From NCBI RefSeq assembly GCF_009834535.1, contig NW_022589675.1:62001-126000 (forward strand): a stretch of DNA of 64,000 nucleotides, in the 5' to 3' direction. A program made the position numbers and the translations under genes. Under the pieces are notes generated by a model. That model was not told the DNA's origin, ran no database searches, and saw only the letters and a program-made list of their open reading frames with translations. Shown here piece by piece: positions 62,478-64,000 of the stretch; positions within the stretch are counted from its first letter, which is position 1, and every line of letters starts with the position of its first letter. This stretch comes from Camelus ferus. Its lineage: Eukaryota.

Positions 62478-62659
62478 CTGGAGCACAGCAAGATGGATCA
62501 GGTATACAAGAAAAACACTTTTTTTCAAACCACTGGTCCTTAATGTTTAACCCTATAACCTATTTCTCAGCAAAGCAAATGAGACATCATAGCAGTTGAC
62601 CTAAGAATCAGCTATCAGGGGCTGCTATAATGACTATCAGCCATCAACCGTCAGGTGTA

Positions 62660-64000
62660 CGATGTGTTGATTTGATACATGCATATATCACAAAGTGTTT
62701 ATCACAATAAGATTAGTCACTATATCATTCACCTCATATAATTACCATTTTGCTATTGTTATGATATCATCAAAGCTCTACTCTCAAAGCAACTTTCAAG
62801 TATATAATACAGTATTGTTAATTATAGTCATGATGCTGCACCTTAGATCCCCAGAAATTATTCATTCTATAACTAAAAATTTGTAGCCTTCAACCAACAT
62901 TTTCCCCACCACCCTCCCACCGCCAGAACAGTGGTACACCTTAAACTTACACAATGTTATGTGAATTGTATCTCAATAAAGTTGGGGGAAAGAAAGACTA
63001 ATTGCATTAAAGTTTATGCCATTTCTCCTGTGACTTAATACACAACATAAAGCATTTTTCTCTTTTGATTTAAGGCAATATCATAACCCCAAAATAGCAG
63101 ATCATTATTCTACTCTGTTTCTATGAGTTCAATATTTTTAGGTTCCACAGGTAAGTGAGATCATATAATATTGGTCTTTCTCTGTCTGATGAATTTCACG
63201 TAGAATAATGCTCTCAAGGTCCATTCATGTTATTGCAAATGACAGTATTTCTTTCTTCCTCATGGCTTAATAATANNNNNNNNNNNNNNNNNNNNNNNNN
63301 NNNNNNNNNNNNNNNNNNNNNNNNNNNNNNNNNNNNNNNNNNNNNNNNNNNNNNNNNNNNNNNNNNNNNNNNNNNNNNNNNNNNNNNNNNNNNNNNNNNN
63401 NNNNNNNNNNNNNNNNNNNNNNNNNNNNNNNNNNNNNNNNNNNNNNNNNNNNNNNNNNNNNNNNNNNNNNNNNNNNNNAAACCAATTTACATACCCAACC
63501 AGCAGCATACGAGGGTTCCCTTTTCCCCACATGCTCGCCAGCATTTGTTATCTTTTGTCATTTTCTTAATAGCCATTCTAACAGGTGGGAGGTGATATAT
63601 CACTGTNNNNNNNNNNNNNNNNNNNNNNNNNNNNNNNNNNNNNNNNNNNNNNNNNNNNNNNNNNNNNNNNNNNNNNNNNNNNNNNNNNNNNNNNNNNNNN
63701 NNNNNNNNNNNNNNNNNNNNNNNNNNNNNNNNNNNNNNGGCTTTTTGTATTGAGTTNNNNNNNNNNNNNNNNNNNNNNNNNNNNNNNNNNNNNNNNNNNN
63801 NNNNNNNNNNNNNNNNNNNNNNNNNNNNNNNNNNNNNNNNNNNNNNNNNNNNNNNNNNNNNNNNNNNNNNNNNNNNNNNNNNNNNNNNNNNNNNNNNNNN
63901 NNNNNNNNNNNNNNNNNTTATGTCTTTGCTTTTAGTGTTAAATCCAAAAACTCATCAACAAGACCCATGTCAAGGAGCTTACTGCCTATGTTATCTTTTA
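62660..64000 (-). mobile_element. L1 fragments (antisense), partly N-masked
   Basis: agatccccagaaattattcattctataac, ggttccacaggtaagtgagatcatata, catacccaaccagcagcatacgagggttcccttttcccc. Confidence 0.85.

Overview
Mammalian genomic DNA, almost certainly camelid (alpaca/llama/camel), judged from the lineage-typical tRNA-derived SINEs and L1 3' ends. The whole window lies inside FREM1 (FRAS1-related extracellular matrix 1) on the minus strand. I traced 16 coding exons from 62477 down to 7461 with phase-consistent splice junctions and no stops. They cover the later CSPG/cadherin-like repeats, the Calx-beta domain, an RGD-bearing linker and the start of the C-type lectin domain (roughly human exons 19-35 of 37; numbering is from memory). 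One expected ~150-bp Calx-beta exon is not visible and probably lies under the N block at 11608-11915. The last exons fall beyond position 1. Introns carry typical old repeats (MIR, L2, L1M, MLT1/MLT2, MER20/MER5) and young camelid SINE/L1 insertions with target-site duplications (TSDs). I see no convincing new biological system. The most unusual items are: (i) a ~96% identical 188-bp inverted duplication with an L1 fragment in one arm; (ii) a SINE split by a locally templated, tandemly duplicated 125-bp segment; (iii) an intronic CpG island bracketed by those direct repeats; (iv) the conserved TILRR (short FREM1 isoform) N-terminus on a CpG-rich exon that ends in a GC-AG intron. Counts and identities are hand-made approximations, and human comparisons are from recall.
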